Below are positions 10,116 to 19,526 of a stretch of DNA of 64,000 nucleotides, piece by piece. This stretch comes from a virus. Its lineage: Duplodnaviria > Heunggongvirae > Uroviricota > Caudoviricetes. The first letter of the stretch is position 1; every line of letters starts with the position of its first letter. Location: positions 33,490 through 97,489 of IMG/VR virus record IMGVR_UViG_3300037313_000454. One strand, written 5' to 3'. The notes below the pieces were generated by a model, which saw nothing but the letters and a program-made list of their open reading frames with translations, searched no databases and was not told where the DNA came from. Position numbers and translations under genes: made by a program.

Positions 10116-10371
10116 CGACGTTCTCCTCTAAAGCAGGGATGTCATCCCGGTCAACCAAGATAGTATCCTGCCCCAATGCGCGACATAGATACATGTGGTG
10201 CCGCACCCTGAGACGCACTAGCTTACGTTGAATGGCGTCTCGCTCCGCAATGAGCTTGTCAAACTCCTCAGAGCCAGACGAGACTTTCTCCCATTCATTC
10301 TTAGCCTCTGTCTGCGACATCGCTTTGATATCAGCATCCAGAGGCCAATTCTGCGAACGCGGTTTAGCCAT
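10102..10371 (-). CDS. hypothetical protein
   Basis: 89-aa ORF, tandem with its neighbours. Confidence 0.45.
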   Translation of the reverse strand: MAKPRSQNWPLDADIKAMSQTEAKNEWEKVSSGSEEFDKLIAERDAIQRKLVRLRVRHHMYLCRALGQDTILVDRDDIPALEENVDEAA

Positions 10372-10373
10372 GA

Positions 10374-10619
10374 CTAAGCCGCCTGTTGGGTCTGACCGGA
10401 CATAGCGCGTTCACGCTCACGCCGACGCTGTTGAGCCTCAGAGAGCTTCCGGCGCGTCTCAGCGGATAGCCGACGACGACCTGTGCGCTTCTGCTTGTTT
10501 CGATTGTGGATAGGGGTAGGTGCTACGGGCTGTAGCTGCCGAGGGGCGATGAGGTCAGCCGCCTTGATGAGACGGTCTGCCTCTGCCCTCATTTGACTTG
10601 CGATTTCGATGGTATTCAT
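10374..10619 (-). CDS. hypothetical basic protein
   Basis: 81 aa. Arg-rich C-terminus. RBS aaagaaaggacgg before the ATG. Confidence 0.45.
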   Translation of the reverse strand: MNTIEIASQMRAEADRLIKAADLIAPRQLQPVAPTPIHNRNKQKRTGRRRLSAETRRKLSEAQQRRRERERAMSGQTQQAA

Positions 10620-10677
10620 ATACCGTCCTTTCTTTAGGTACGGTACATTAGATGTGTCCCTGTGTCAAGGGTTGTAT

Positions 10678-10926
10678 TTAAAAAGCGTCGCCGTAGCTGT
10701 AATCTACGCGGTCTAACTTCTCCAAGACCTTACGAATGTCCTTTGCCACTTGCATACCACAGTACGAACAGAACTTGTCGTAATAATTTCGTGGCATACC
10801 GCAAGGACAGCTATTTGGTTTGGGGTCTAATTCAGTACCACAGAGATTGCAGAACTTCTCCCCATTGTATCGCTGCACTACGCATTTGGGGCAGTACTTG
10901 ATTCGCCTATCTACATAAACTGCCAT
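10678..10926 (-). CDS. double zinc-ribbon protein
   Basis: CPKC...CNLC...CPC...CSYC, four Cys pairs. Confidence 0.5.
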   Translation of the reverse strand: MAVYVDRRIKYCPKCVVQRYNGEKFCNLCGTELDPKPNSCPCGMPRNYYDKFCSYCGMQVAKDIRKVLEKLDRVDYSYGDAF

Positions 10927-11111
10927 ATAAATCCTTTCCTTTCAGCGGGGTACTTCGCCGCTTCCTTCCTGCTTTTCCCCCACCGTAGAATAAGACCACC
11001 CCCTCGTTAGTAAGATACAATCGTTTTTCTGGTTCCCCAGCTACCGCCTTGCCATCCACCACCGAGGTAATAATTACTCATAAGGGTAGTCTCCTTTCTT
11101 GAACGCAGTAG

Positions 11112-11735
11112 CTACGTGCGCTCAATCTTCTCCACGGCCAGACACACTTCTAACGATAACTCATAGGGAATCAATGACTTGATTGCAGGGTCGTTAGACG
11201 CTTGTGTACCTGTACGTGAGCCTCTGGGTGCTGCCTCATGGCATGGGTCACCCTTACGGCACGGGGGCCGGAATGAAAACCCCTCTGGCATCTTGTGCCA
11301 TAAATCTGTAGGCTTCATACGCCGTTCTCCATACTGGCAATACGTCACCGTACTACGTGGGAACTGCTTTAAAACCTCTACGTTCCGCATCATTCCACGC
11401 GGATTCTCAATCACCCAATACTTGGGGTTGGCCTGTTCTATGAGCCGGACAGTATGCTCTATAATGGCGATACCGTTAAGCGCCCCGTAGCTCTTGGGGG
11501 TCTTGTCCGGGTTCCAATGTTTGCTAATGGACTGTACGCTGAAAGCTGTACAAGGTGGGCTGGCTAAGATGATGTCACACTTTGGCAGTGCATCCACCAT
11601 AAGGATGTCGGCACAGATATCAGGCTTGAACCGTGATTCGTAGTCCAGAGTGATGACCTTGTGCCCCCTATCCCTAAATGCCTTGCCCCAACCACCTAAA
11701 CCACAGAACAGGTCTAAGACCTGTAGTGTCAGACC
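11112..11735 (-). CDS. DNA cytosine-5 methyltransferase-like protein
   Basis: Motif IV ASPPCTAFS and motif VI ENPRGMM lie in the canonical ORF 11112..11600. Motif I LDLFCGLGGWGKAF is in frame upstream of the first ATG, with no stop back to 11735. The only start-like codon there is CTG at 11730-11732, overlapping the thyX TGA. Confidence 0.5.
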   Translation of the reverse strand, partial: GLTLQVLDLFCGLGGWGKAFRDRGHKVITLDYESRFKPDICADILMVDALPKCDIILASPPCTAFSVQSISKHWNPDKTPKSYGALNGIAIIEHTVRLIEQANPKYWVIENPRGMMRNVEVLKQFPRSTVTYCQYGERRMKPTDLWHKMPEGFSFRPPCRKGDPCHEAAPRGSRTGTQASNDPAIKSLIPYELSLEVCLAVEKIERT

Positions 11736-12616
11736 TTAATACCTGTCTTGTTCATAACAGCACGAAGCTGCTTTAGTTCTTCGTCATTCCAGCCGTTTAG
11801 ATGAACCTGCGGCATAACCGACAGGAAGTAGCAGCGCAGAGCTTCTACCTCACTGGCACTGAGCGAAACCGCTTTAAGAACGTGTTCATCAAACGCCGCC
11901 CAAGCCCACGGGAAGGCTTCCTGAACCACCTGAGCAAGAGCATTGGCATACTGTCGAATCTCCCACTGAGCGTGAGAGTCCATACGCAGCCTGAGGAAGT
12001 GCAAGAGGTTGTGTAGGTCGCATTGCCAAACCCACTTGGTATAAATACTGAGGGGTAAATCAATACGCGCCGTTTCTTTAGCGATTCCAGATTCCAGCAT
12101 GGATTCATAGTCAGCATAGACTTTCTTTACATTCTCCTCATGCAGATACAGGAACGTCTCCCGCGCTTCAGCGGGTAGCTCACCTTCTGAACCCTGCTTA
12201 TTAGTCTTCCCCTGCCCCATAATCCGTTCAGCAGTGGGGGTATAGACTTCGAACGGTAGCTGCGTGTAGCGGCCTGACATCTCGTTGAGACGGGCGGTAC
12301 GATGACGCACCCATTCCCGAGCCACGAAAATAGGCATCTTACACTCGAAGGTAAGAACGCACTGCTCGAACGGTGAGGTATGCTTGTTACGGAGCAGGTA
12401 GTTAATCAGCCCCTTATCCTTGTCCTCACCCTTGCTACCCTGATTGTAGGACACACGGGCCGCGTTAGCGATACTGGTGTCAGTACCTAAGTAGTCTACT
12501 AGAGTTACGTAGCCCCCATTCAGAACTGAAATCTGATGGTAAAGCCACTTCTCTGCGCCCGGATTGACGGGACGCTTCGTAATCCCCGCATCCACTGAGG
12601 GGCTTGCCGTAAGCAT
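11729..12616 (-). CDS. thyX: flavin-dependent thymidylate synthase ThyX
   Basis: ThyX signature RHRTARLNEMSGRY (RHRx7S) and overall ThyX architecture. Confidence 0.85.
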   Translation of the reverse strand: MLTASPSVDAGITKRPVNPGAEKWLYHQISVLNGGYVTLVDYLGTDTSIANAARVSYNQGSKGEDKDKGLINYLLRNKHTSPFEQCVLTFECKMPIFVAREWVRHRTARLNEMSGRYTQLPFEVYTPTAERIMGQGKTNKQGSEGELPAEARETFLYLHEENVKKVYADYESMLESGIAKETARIDLPLSIYTKWVWQCDLHNLLHFLRLRMDSHAQWEIRQYANALAQVVQEAFPWAWAAFDEHVLKAVSLSASEVEALRCYFLSVMPQVHLNGWNDEELKQLRAVMNKTGIKV

Positions 12617-12983
12617 AATCTTCTCTTCCTAAAATTTGTATTGTGACTAATCCAGTCCCTTTGCCAAGAATCCCGATTTTGTTGGCAGCAGCGTAGCTCA
12701 GGTCTAACTCACGGCCCTTTACATAGGGGCCACGGTCGGTTATCTGAACCACTGCATCAGTACCAGTCTCCACGTTTGTTACTAGGACACAGGTGCCAAG
12801 CGGCAAGGTCTTATGCGCGGCGGTCATGGCATACATATTGAACTTCGTTCCCGAAGCTGCCTTCCTACCGTGATGAGGTTTGCCGTACCAACTCGCTCGT
12901 ACCGACTTTAGGGTGGACGCGCCAAGTGTGGCGCACACGCCTAATATGAAAGCCAGTACGTAGGCGTTAACCCGGTTTAACAA
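12480..12983 (-). CDS. RlpA-like DPBB (lytic transglycosylase-like) exported protein
   Basis: Signal peptide MLNRVNAYVLAFILGVCATLGAS. Motifs SWYGKPHHGRK...AAHKTLPLGT...ITDRGPY...DLS. The 3' end overlaps the thyX start by about 137 nt. Confidence 0.65.
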   Translation of the reverse strand: MLNRVNAYVLAFILGVCATLGASTLKSVRASWYGKPHHGRKAASGTKFNMYAMTAAHKTLPLGTCVLVTNVETGTDAVVQITDRGPYVKGRELDLSYAAANKIGILGKGTGLVTIQILGREDYAYGKPLSGCGDYEASRQSGRREVALPSDFSSEWGLRNSSRLLRY

Positions 12984-13233
12984 TACCCTTACCTTCGTAA
13001 GAGCATGTATCAGGATTAACTACTCTCTTGGCAGCCGGACTCGGCTTGTAATAACCTTCAGGAGAACCATGCAGATGCGCCGGGAATGGAATCCCTAGCT
13101 GCTTGCCTGCCCTTTGCTTGCACTTCGGACAATCAATAAAGTCCGTGGCCTCGGCTTCCTTAAAGGTTAGAAATACCTTTTCGGTTGTATGCCCCTTAGG
13201 ACATGTAAAGTCGAATATTGGCATTGCGGCCAA
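12967..13233 (-). CDS. FmdB-family zinc-ribbon protein
   Basis: MPIFDFTCPKGH...CPKC pattern typical of the FmdB zinc ribbon. Confidence 0.5.
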   Translation of the reverse strand: MAAMPIFDFTCPKGHTTEKVFLTFKEAEATDFIDCPKCKQRAGKQLGIPFPAHLHGSPEGYYKPSPAAKRVVNPDTCSYEGKGIVKPG

Positions 13234-13837
13234 CTCCTAGAATCATGGTGTATAAACCCATTTGGAATATTTCCTTCTGCATTAGTTCATACCCATTGAA
13301 TTTGAACCAGTTCTCAAAGTCTTCTTCACTGAAAGACCATTGGTGTTCACCCGCTGCAATCAGCGAGTCCACTGGTTCGTTAAGTGGATGACTGATGACT
13401 GCATAGTTTGCATTCACCATCCACGGTTTGATTAGTTTGAGCGGGTCTTCCATGTGTTCAAGGAACTCACACATAATTAGCACGTCGCTCGGTATAGGTT
13501 CCGCCTCAGTTACGTTCTTGAGGCAGGTGGTCATGTCAGGAAACCGCTCCTTGGCTTTATCAAGGGCAGGCTGACTGGCGTCAATACCAATAACCTTGCA
13601 CTTGCGCCGTGTGAACGGGCCACTAATATCTGCCGTACCACAACCCAGTTCGACAACAACAAGCGGGTTGGTACGCAAAGGAAAGGTATGTAAGTACTCT
13701 GACAATGCTTCAGTGACCATCACCTGAGCGCGGATTATTCTGTCCCGCTGGATAGGGTCTTCACTGTACACACGTACTGGGATAGAACGATGTTCCTGAA
13801 ATCCCTCGTCCGCTGTTCTTTGCTTCATCGACTGCAC
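13196..13837 (-). CDS. class I SAM-dependent methyltransferase
   Basis: Motif I VVELGCGTAD with downstream IGID. The start may be at the internal Met, 117 nt downstream. Confidence 0.6.
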   Translation of the reverse strand: MQSMKQRTADEGFQEHRSIPVRVYSEDPIQRDRIIRAQVMVTEALSEYLHTFPLRTNPLVVVELGCGTADISGPFTRRKCKVIGIDASQPALDKAKERFPDMTTCLKNVTEAEPIPSDVLIMCEFLEHMEDPLKLIKPWMVNANYAVISHPLNEPVDSLIAAGEHQWSFSEEDFENWFKFNGYELMQKEIFQMGLYTMILGVGRNANIRLYMS

Positions 13838-14699
13838 GTTTGATACCTTCTTCTAAGGTGATTTTGGCCGTCCATCCAAAGTGGGCAGCTTGCTTCGTAT
13901 TGGCTACACGGCGTGGGCTGGACTCAGCCTTAAACGACAGAGCCTCAATGTGGGGTACATATCCAACCTCGTTAGCCATCTTCCGGGCCAAGTCCATAAA
14001 GTTAGTTCCTCGGCCCGTACCAATATCAATCGGCACACCGGACGGGAAGCATTTAATACCGTGCATGAATGCATCGGTCAGGTCATCAATGTGAACGAAG
14101 TCACGAACCTGTAGACCGCTACCCCACACCTGTAATGGATTCTCCTGCTTCAACGCCCGACCAAGGATGGCAGGGAATGGATAGCTCAAGGCTTGGTCAC
14201 CGCCGTAGCCACTGAATGGACGCAGCATGACCGTTCTAATCCCTTGCTTGTCAAGGCATTTGAACAGTCGCTCACCCGTCAACTTCACCCAAGCATAGGG
14301 GTCATCCGGGTTATCCACCGCACAGCTAGTCGGCCAGACAAAGGCTTCCTTGGGTGGGTTCTCCATAACAAATTCTGCCACCACCATGTCAAGCTGTATG
14401 TCAGAGTATGTGTAGATACCACCTTTAAGGCGTTTATCTACGTCTTCAATATTCGCTCCAAGGTGGACAATTACGTCATAGTTGAAGACATCATTCGCGG
14501 CTCCGGCGACGAGTGACCAACTGCCAACTCGATGAACCCAGTTCTCAAATGTAGTATTAAAGAACCAGTAGTTATCCCCATCACGCATAGCATCATACTT
14601 AGGGTCTACAGACTCTACGTAATATCCAGCAGCCATTAGCTTAGGAATAAGATGGCGTCCAACAAATCCTGCCCCGCCAATCACCAATGCTTTTTTCAT
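13761..14699 (-). CDS. NAD-dependent epimerase/dehydratase (SDR family)
   Basis: Rossmann motif VIGGAGFVGRHL. 312 aa. Typical nucleotide-sugar epimerase/dehydratase organisation. Confidence 0.7.
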   Translation of the reverse strand: MKKALVIGGAGFVGRHLIPKLMAAGYYVESVDPKYDAMRDGDNYWFFNTTFENWVHRVGSWSLVAGAANDVFNYDVIVHLGANIEDVDKRLKGGIYTYSDIQLDMVVAEFVMENPPKEAFVWPTSCAVDNPDDPYAWVKLTGERLFKCLDKQGIRTVMLRPFSGYGGDQALSYPFPAILGRALKQENPLQVWGSGLQVRDFVHIDDLTDAFMHGIKCFPSGVPIDIGTGRGTNFMDLARKMANEVGYVPHIEALSFKAESSPRRVANTKQAAHFGWTAKITLEEGIKRAVDEAKNSGRGISGTSFYPSTCVQ

Positions 14700-15586
14700 T
14701 AAAAGAATCCCATCCTATCAATCACGTCCTGTAGACGCTGGTCTAGTCGATGCTTGTCCCTAATCTCTCGTACTGCGGATGCTGACATCGCCTCAGCTTC
14801 TTCTGGGTGGTCAAGTAGATACTTAGCCATGCTTGCCCCCGTCAAAGCCGTATGGTAGTAGAGTAGCTGTCCGCCGGGAAAGAAGGATTGCATGTTAGCT
14901 TCTCCACCCTCGGGTATAGGTGTTACAAGCGGTACACCGCAGGCCATAACCTCTGTAACCTTGGTCACTAGCAGCCTAGACAGCGACGGCAGGTTTATAA
15001 ATACCTTACAACGCTGGTATGCGTCTGCTAGGTTATAGGTAGTAGCAAAATCATTGTAGCTAAATGGTGCTTCAATCTTCTTTACGGGAAGGTGAAGGGT
15101 TAGCTGGTTCCAAAAGTCTTTACGCTTATCGTATAGATTACCAATGAAGCCTACATCATAAATCTTCTCTACAGGCCGTGGGTAAAATATGCTCACATCT
15201 ACACCGAACGGCAACCACTCGCCATTGTACTTCTCCGCGTCCTGTATAGCAGGAAAGAAGTGTACATTCGCTAGGTCTTTGAACTTCTCAAAATCCCAGT
15301 CCCGGTCATCTCGGTGTAAGGACTCATGGTATAACGCAGCCATCGGCGCTAGGTCACGCAGGTTTGTATCGTAATAGCTGCGAACTGTTTCGTAACACCA
15401 CTCCAAACCGCTGAAGATAATCAGGTCAGGCTTGAAGGCTATAAGCTCGTCGTAGTGGGGGAATCGGTCGTTGACATTAATGTCAAAGACTTCGTGCCCC
15501 ATGCGCTTGAGGGTGTAGGGGATACCGCCAGCCACCGACCATGCAGCCCCCAACACACCCCCAACTCTAAATACTACTATCTTCAT
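14699..15586 (-). CDS. glycosyltransferase (GT-B / GT1-like)
   Basis: C-terminal motif TEVMACGVPLVTPIPEGGE resembles the GT1 E-x7-E / AMAxGxPVV block. Confidence 0.55.
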   Translation of the reverse strand: MKIVVFRVGGVLGAAWSVAGGIPYTLKRMGHEVFDINVNDRFPHYDELIAFKPDLIIFSGLEWCYETVRSYYDTNLRDLAPMAALYHESLHRDDRDWDFEKFKDLANVHFFPAIQDAEKYNGEWLPFGVDVSIFYPRPVEKIYDVGFIGNLYDKRKDFWNQLTLHLPVKKIEAPFSYNDFATTYNLADAYQRCKVFINLPSLSRLLVTKVTEVMACGVPLVTPIPEGGEANMQSFFPGGQLLYYHTALTGASMAKYLLDHPEEAEAMSASAVREIRDKHRLDQRLQDVIDRMGFF

Positions 15587-15812
15587 CGTTTGAAATTTTC
15601 TCTAGCCAAACTAGGTCTATGAGTTCATCTGACGCATAGATTGTTTTCATGATACGCTGGGCTACAACCCAGTCGTAGGCTATGTTTTCCTGACCCTGCT
15701 CACGGGCATACTTCTCGTTGTACTCCATAATCTTGAGTACTTCCATCAAGAATTCGCCGCGAGTTAGTGTTTCGTATGGGTCACGGAAGCCATCACGCGA
15801 TGCGTTTATCAA
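15567..15812 (-). CDS. hypothetical protein
   Basis: 81-aa ORF. Confidence 0.4.
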   Translation of the reverse strand: MINASRDGFRDPYETLTRGEFLMEVLKIMEYNEKYAREQGQENIAYDWVVAQRIMKTIYASDELIDLVWLEKISNDEDSSI

Positions 15813-16290
15813 TCTCAGCCCACACCGTCGGCAAGCCGCCGTGCGAGTAAAGTAGATTAGCCTCGTTCAAAGTAAGGCCCATAGTAAGTTCTACGTGCGG
15901 ATAGTCCTTAAGAGACTTCCAGAAACCACCCCAGTCCAGCCCTACCATCTTGGCAAAGTCGCCAATACGTAGGTAGTCTGCGGTGTTTGACCAGTCCCAT
16001 TGGACACCCACTTTATCAGGGTCGCCGTCTTCGACGAGGTCAACGGCCAATCCAAAATTATGCCATGATTGTCCACCCCTAGCATTCGTAACGCGATTGC
16101 CCGGTGTAGTACGTCCTTTAGCATAAAGTGCGTCCTGTTCTTCTATGGTGCGCAGTCCCATGAAGGCTGCGAAGTATAGGCCATTAGCTGCTAACAGCTT
16201 GATTAGTGCGTTCGTCTTCAGGCGTACCGTCGGATGAACTTGTGCCAGTGCTTTCTGACTGGCTATCAGCATTTCTGATTCGCTGCTCAT
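15793..16290 (-). CDS. endolysin, peptidase M15 (L-Ala-D-Glu peptidase / VanY-like)
   Basis: Zn-binding motifs SWHNFGLAVDL and DYPHVE. Confidence 0.75.
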   Translation of the reverse strand: MSSESEMLIASQKALAQVHPTVRLKTNALIKLLAANGLYFAAFMGLRTIEEQDALYAKGRTTPGNRVTNARGGQSWHNFGLAVDLVEDGDPDKVGVQWDWSNTADYLRIGDFAKMVGLDWGGFWKSLKDYPHVELTMGLTLNEANLLYSHGGLPTVWAEIDKRIA

Positions 16291-16732
16291 TTAGCTTGTT
16301 CTGCAATTCCTCAAATTCTTCAGCGGTGTAACTTGGCTTCTTGCGGCTGTATCCGGCATAGCGGACATACTTACCCAAACGACTCGGCTTCTGCTTCTTA
16401 GGGCGGTTAGCCTTGTCCCTGCACGGTGTGCAGAGGAAACGCTTATAGTTCGGGTCAGGATTAAACTCCTCACCATTTATGCCGACCGACACCATGACTT
16501 GCTTATGCTCTGCGAACATGTAGCACTCGGCACACTTCTGTTGGAAAACCTTATCGCCAACCGTATATCCGAATTCACTCTCGTCCATCGGAACATACTC
16601 AAACCGCTGAACTGACCACGCGCCTGTACCCTTGAACGCAGGGAATACAACCTTGGCTTGGTCTTTAAGCTGCTGAGTTTCCTCGGGGGTTGAGCCTAAT
16701 AGTTCTGAGATAGGTACTGACGCTGGTTGCAT
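16184..16732 (-). CDS. hypothetical protein
   Basis: 182 aa. TAAATG coupling with the upstream small ORF. Overlaps the endolysin start by about 107 nt. Confidence 0.45.
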   Translation of the reverse strand: MQPASVPISELLGSTPEETQQLKDQAKVVFPAFKGTGAWSVQRFEYVPMDESEFGYTVGDKVFQQKCAECYMFAEHKQVMVSVGINGEEFNPDPNYKRFLCTPCRDKANRPKKQKPSRLGKYVRYAGYSRKKPSYTAEEFEELQNKLNEQRIRNADSQSESTGTSSSDGTPEDERTNQAVSS

Positions 16733-16897
16733 TTAGATTTTCATTCCTTGTCCCGGCGTGGGTGGAACCACACTCGGTTCATTAAAGTGTTTGTCAAGGA
16801 TTTCCTTGATACGTTGCTGACGAAGGTGGTAAGCGACGCCGCCGATAGCAGCGTCAATCTCTTCGGCAATATGCTGGTTCTTAGGGATAGCCATTAT
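16733..16897 (-). CDS. small hypothetical protein (about 54 aa)
   Basis: MAIPKNQHIAEEIDAAIGG... ATG overlaps the holin-like stop (TAATG). Ends TAA immediately before the ATG of the 16732 ORF. Below the track cutoff. Confidence 0.3.
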   Translation of the reverse strand: MMAIPKNQHIAEEIDAAIGGVAYHLRQQRIKEILDKHFNEPSVVPPTPGQGMKI

Positions 16898-17205
16898 CGA
16901 CCTTTCTTAATTAGAATCTTCATCATATGGACAGAGCCTTCGGTGGTCGAAATGACATAGACCAACCCGGTCAGCCCGACAATAAAGAAGTTGCCTTTGG
17001 TAAGGGCAGCCCACATGGTGCCCCAGATAGTCACCTGCATGATGTACCAAACTCCGTTGGAACACCAAGCGGCCTTGCGATGCTCGTCCGGGTCATTCTG
17101 ATTGCGGGTGCGGCTTGACCAAGTAAAGGCCATGTTCTGGAAGTATCCAAGAACGCCTAGCACCGCGAGAAGCCCGACCGTGCTTAGAATATTTGTGATT
17201 GACAT
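16894..17205 (-). CDS. holin-like small membrane protein (3 TM)
   Basis: 103 aa with three hydrophobic segments. Lies in the lysis neighbourhood. The ATG sits about 8 nt downstream of a consensus -10, so the transcript is leaderless. Confidence 0.5.
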   Translation of the reverse strand: MSITNILSTVGLLAVLGVLGYFQNMAFTWSSRTRNQNDPDEHRKAAWCSNGVWYIMQVTIWGTMWAALTKGNFFIVGLTGLVYVISTTEGSVHMMKILIKKGR

Positions 17206-17213
17206 TGTAGAGT

Positions 17214-17242
17214 ATTATAGCAAAAAATCTTTGATTTGTCAA
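17214..17242 (-). promoter_or_regulatory. sigma70-type promoter, TTGACA-17-TGcTATAAT (minus strand)
   Basis: Reverse complement of 17237-17242 is TTGACA and of 17214-17219 is TATAAT. 17-nt spacer. Extended -10 TGC. Confidence 0.7.
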
Positions 17243-17243
17243 G

Positions 17244-17277
17244 TAAAAAAGGCGGGGCTATTAACCCCGCGCTTTTT
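17244..17277 (-). terminator. rho-independent terminator (hairpin usable on both strands)
   Basis: gcgggg-ctattaa-ccccgc flanked by an A-run and a T-run. On the minus strand it reads stem + UUUUUU after gene 17276..17518. Confidence 0.65.
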
Positions 17278-17518
17278 AAGATTCTGCTGGCGTAAAGTCC
17301 ACGTAGTAGGCTTTACCAAGCTCGAACTGCTTGGCAGCTTCCTCGTTCACCGTTCCAAGTTCAATAGTTCCGCTTGGCGTTGCCGCGTAGAACGATTTGT
17401 TCTCGTCGCTGCCTGACGTTACAGGCATCAGTTTAATCGTCTGAACTTCGCCTTTATTAGCGTCCCAGTGTTTAGTGCGGGTGATACTGTTGACAATAAA
17501 TTTAGCTCGTACTGACAT
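17276..17518 (-). CDS. hypothetical protein
   Basis: 80-aa ORF ending at the terminator. Confidence 0.45.
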   Translation of the reverse strand: MSVRAKFIVNSITRTKHWDANKGEVQTIKLMPVTSGSDENKSFYAATPSGTIELGTVNEEAAKQFELGKAYYVDFTPAES

Positions 17519-17660
17519 TACTTCTCCAATTTAAATCCGCAATGAGTCTCTACGACCTTGCGCAATTCTAGTCTTTGTTTTTCTATAGTCACCGATTGAT
17601 ACGCAATAATCCATACCAATGTTAAGACTATAAAACACACGGCAAGCTGTTCTCCTACAC

Positions 17661-19526
17661 CTACCTTACGGGACATACGCCGCCTTCACATTCCATACCA
17701 TCCAGCATCCCGCCCTCGACAACATCGTCGTCTTGTATAGGCTTAATCTTACTGGACAGCTTGTCATATTCCTCGGCAGTGATAGGCTCTTTCGGAGCCT
17801 GTACGAAGCCATGTCCGCTGTACTTAAGAAAGCTGATAGTCTTGATTTCACTCAAGTTGTTAGCCAGCCATTCCTTAATCAACGGGATTTCCTCGGCCTT
17901 GTAGTACACGGTCACCGACACAGACTGGTCAGCCCAGTGCTTCTGTGCCATCTTGAGTACTTCAAGCTGCTTCCAAGTATCCCAGCCCGTCTCCACCGTG
18001 GGTGCGCCTTGCGGTGCTGCCACGTAGAAGTCCACTACATAGGTACGCGGGTCAACCGAACCGTCAAAGTTCCTGAGCGGTTCCATATGGTGACCAGCCG
18101 CCTTTAGCTTAGGAAGCTGTGGGTCGGTAGCTGCGAATTGTACGCGCTGGATAATGTACGGAGCGAGTGCGGCGTGGATTCCTTCTTCACCTTCGCAATC
18201 GTGTACCTTACCCATCGTGCCGGACGGCTTCACGACCGTATGGCGTATGCTTAGAGGAGTTCCAAGCTCAGTGGAGTACTTCCTGTCCTCGTCCAGAATC
18301 GCGCCATACACTCTGTCGAGTACGTCACCCCGGAAAAGTCGGCTGGAAAGACACCCTGTAATACCAACTCCCACACGCCTGTTTCGTTTAATGACTTCAT
18401 CGCATAGTTCGTGATGGTAATTCTCAAGCGTAACCCTTTTACCAGCGCGGAAGCATAGTCGAGCAACTCGCTCAAACTCATCTTCTGATTGGAGATTACA
18501 CAGCGGAATTTCGAGAAGGTTGCAGGGTTCGCCATTTTCAAGTGTCGCCTCAGCGCAGGGGTTTACACCCTCTGCGGTATCTTTCATTAACTCACCCATG
18601 CGTCCATACTTCTGGATGTTCTTACGGTTGACGATGCCATACGGTTCACCAATCTCGTAGGTCTTCCAGAACGACGGGTGCAAGTCTTCAATGTCGTCAC
18701 AGACGACTGAATAGTTTGCACGGGCACGGTGGGCGGGTAGAGTCTGTAAATCCCACCGCTTGGCTTTAAGGTACTCTTTGTCCCACGGGTCACCGAGGAT
18801 GATGATGGCGGAACGACGAACGTTACCTGCCACAACCATCTGACCAATACTGGTCATTACATCGGCACAATCTATAGGCCGTAAATGCTTTCCCTCGCGT
18901 CCCACAAGGATGGTGCATAAGTTCGTGACGAATTCGACGAGGGGAATCGCACCACTAGCAATTCCGCCAAAGCCTTTAATTGGCTCTCCAAAACCACGGA
19001 GACAAACGGTAGAGTAAGTAAATGACTTGCCACTGACGAAGAAACTTTCAAGGACACGTCGGGTGAGTTCACACCATCCTTCTCTACTGTCAGGGACAAT
19101 GAAATCCGCGTCGTTGGTTGGCTTGTGGATGATTGTGACATTCTTCTTGACTTTCGGTAGTTTGCTTGAGAATCTGTGTTCAACGCTAAAACCGACACCG
19201 CCCCCTAGCATGAGCAGGTCTTGGGCTATCACAAAGTGATACCAGTCTGACGCGTTGAGATACCAGCAGTTGTTAAGGGCGACACCACCAATGCGGTAGT
19301 GTGCAGGGCTGCCTGAGAACCAGTAGCCCCGGCCAGCGAAGCCGCCCTTACGTTCCTTGCAAATCTTGAGGAACTCTTTTACTTCTGCTTCTGGCACGTT
19401 GCGGCCCCGGACGTTTCCGGCGACCGCACGTTCACAAATCTCGTCCCAGTTTTCTAATGTACCGTTATCCTTTCGGGCGTAGGTACGACGCATTACAATC
19501 TTGGCTAGGTTTGACCAAGGTTTCAA
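17661..19526 (-). CDS. ribonucleotide reductase, class II-like (monomeric)
   Basis: Active-site block [21 protein letters not shown] (NPCGE...CNL). C-terminal Cys pair CEGGVCPVR. 621 aa. Confidence 0.7.
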   Translation of the reverse strand: MKPWSNLAKIVMRRTYARKDNGTLENWDEICERAVAGNVRGRNVPEAEVKEFLKICKERKGGFAGRGYWFSGSPAHYRIGGVALNNCWYLNASDWYHFVIAQDLLMLGGGVGFSVEHRFSSKLPKVKKNVTIIHKPTNDADFIVPDSREGWCELTRRVLESFFVSGKSFTYSTVCLRGFGEPIKGFGGIASGAIPLVEFVTNLCTILVGREGKHLRPIDCADVMTSIGQMVVAGNVRRSAIIILGDPWDKEYLKAKRWDLQTLPAHRARANYSVVCDDIEDLHPSFWKTYEIGEPYGIVNRKNIQKYGRMGELMKDTAEGVNPCAEATLENGEPCNLLEIPLCNLQSEDEFERVARLCFRAGKRVTLENYHHELCDEVIKRNRRVGVGITGCLSSRLFRGDVLDRVYGAILDEDRKYSTELGTPLSIRHTVVKPSGTMGKVHDCEGEEGIHAALAPYIIQRVQFAATDPQLPKLKAAGHHMEPLRNFDGSVDPRTYVVDFYVAAPQGAPTVETGWDTWKQLEVLKMAQKHWADQSVSVTVYYKAEEIPLIKEWLANNLSEIKTISFLKYSGHGFVQAPKEPITAEEYDKLSSKIKPIQDDDVVEGGMLDGMECEGGVCPVR

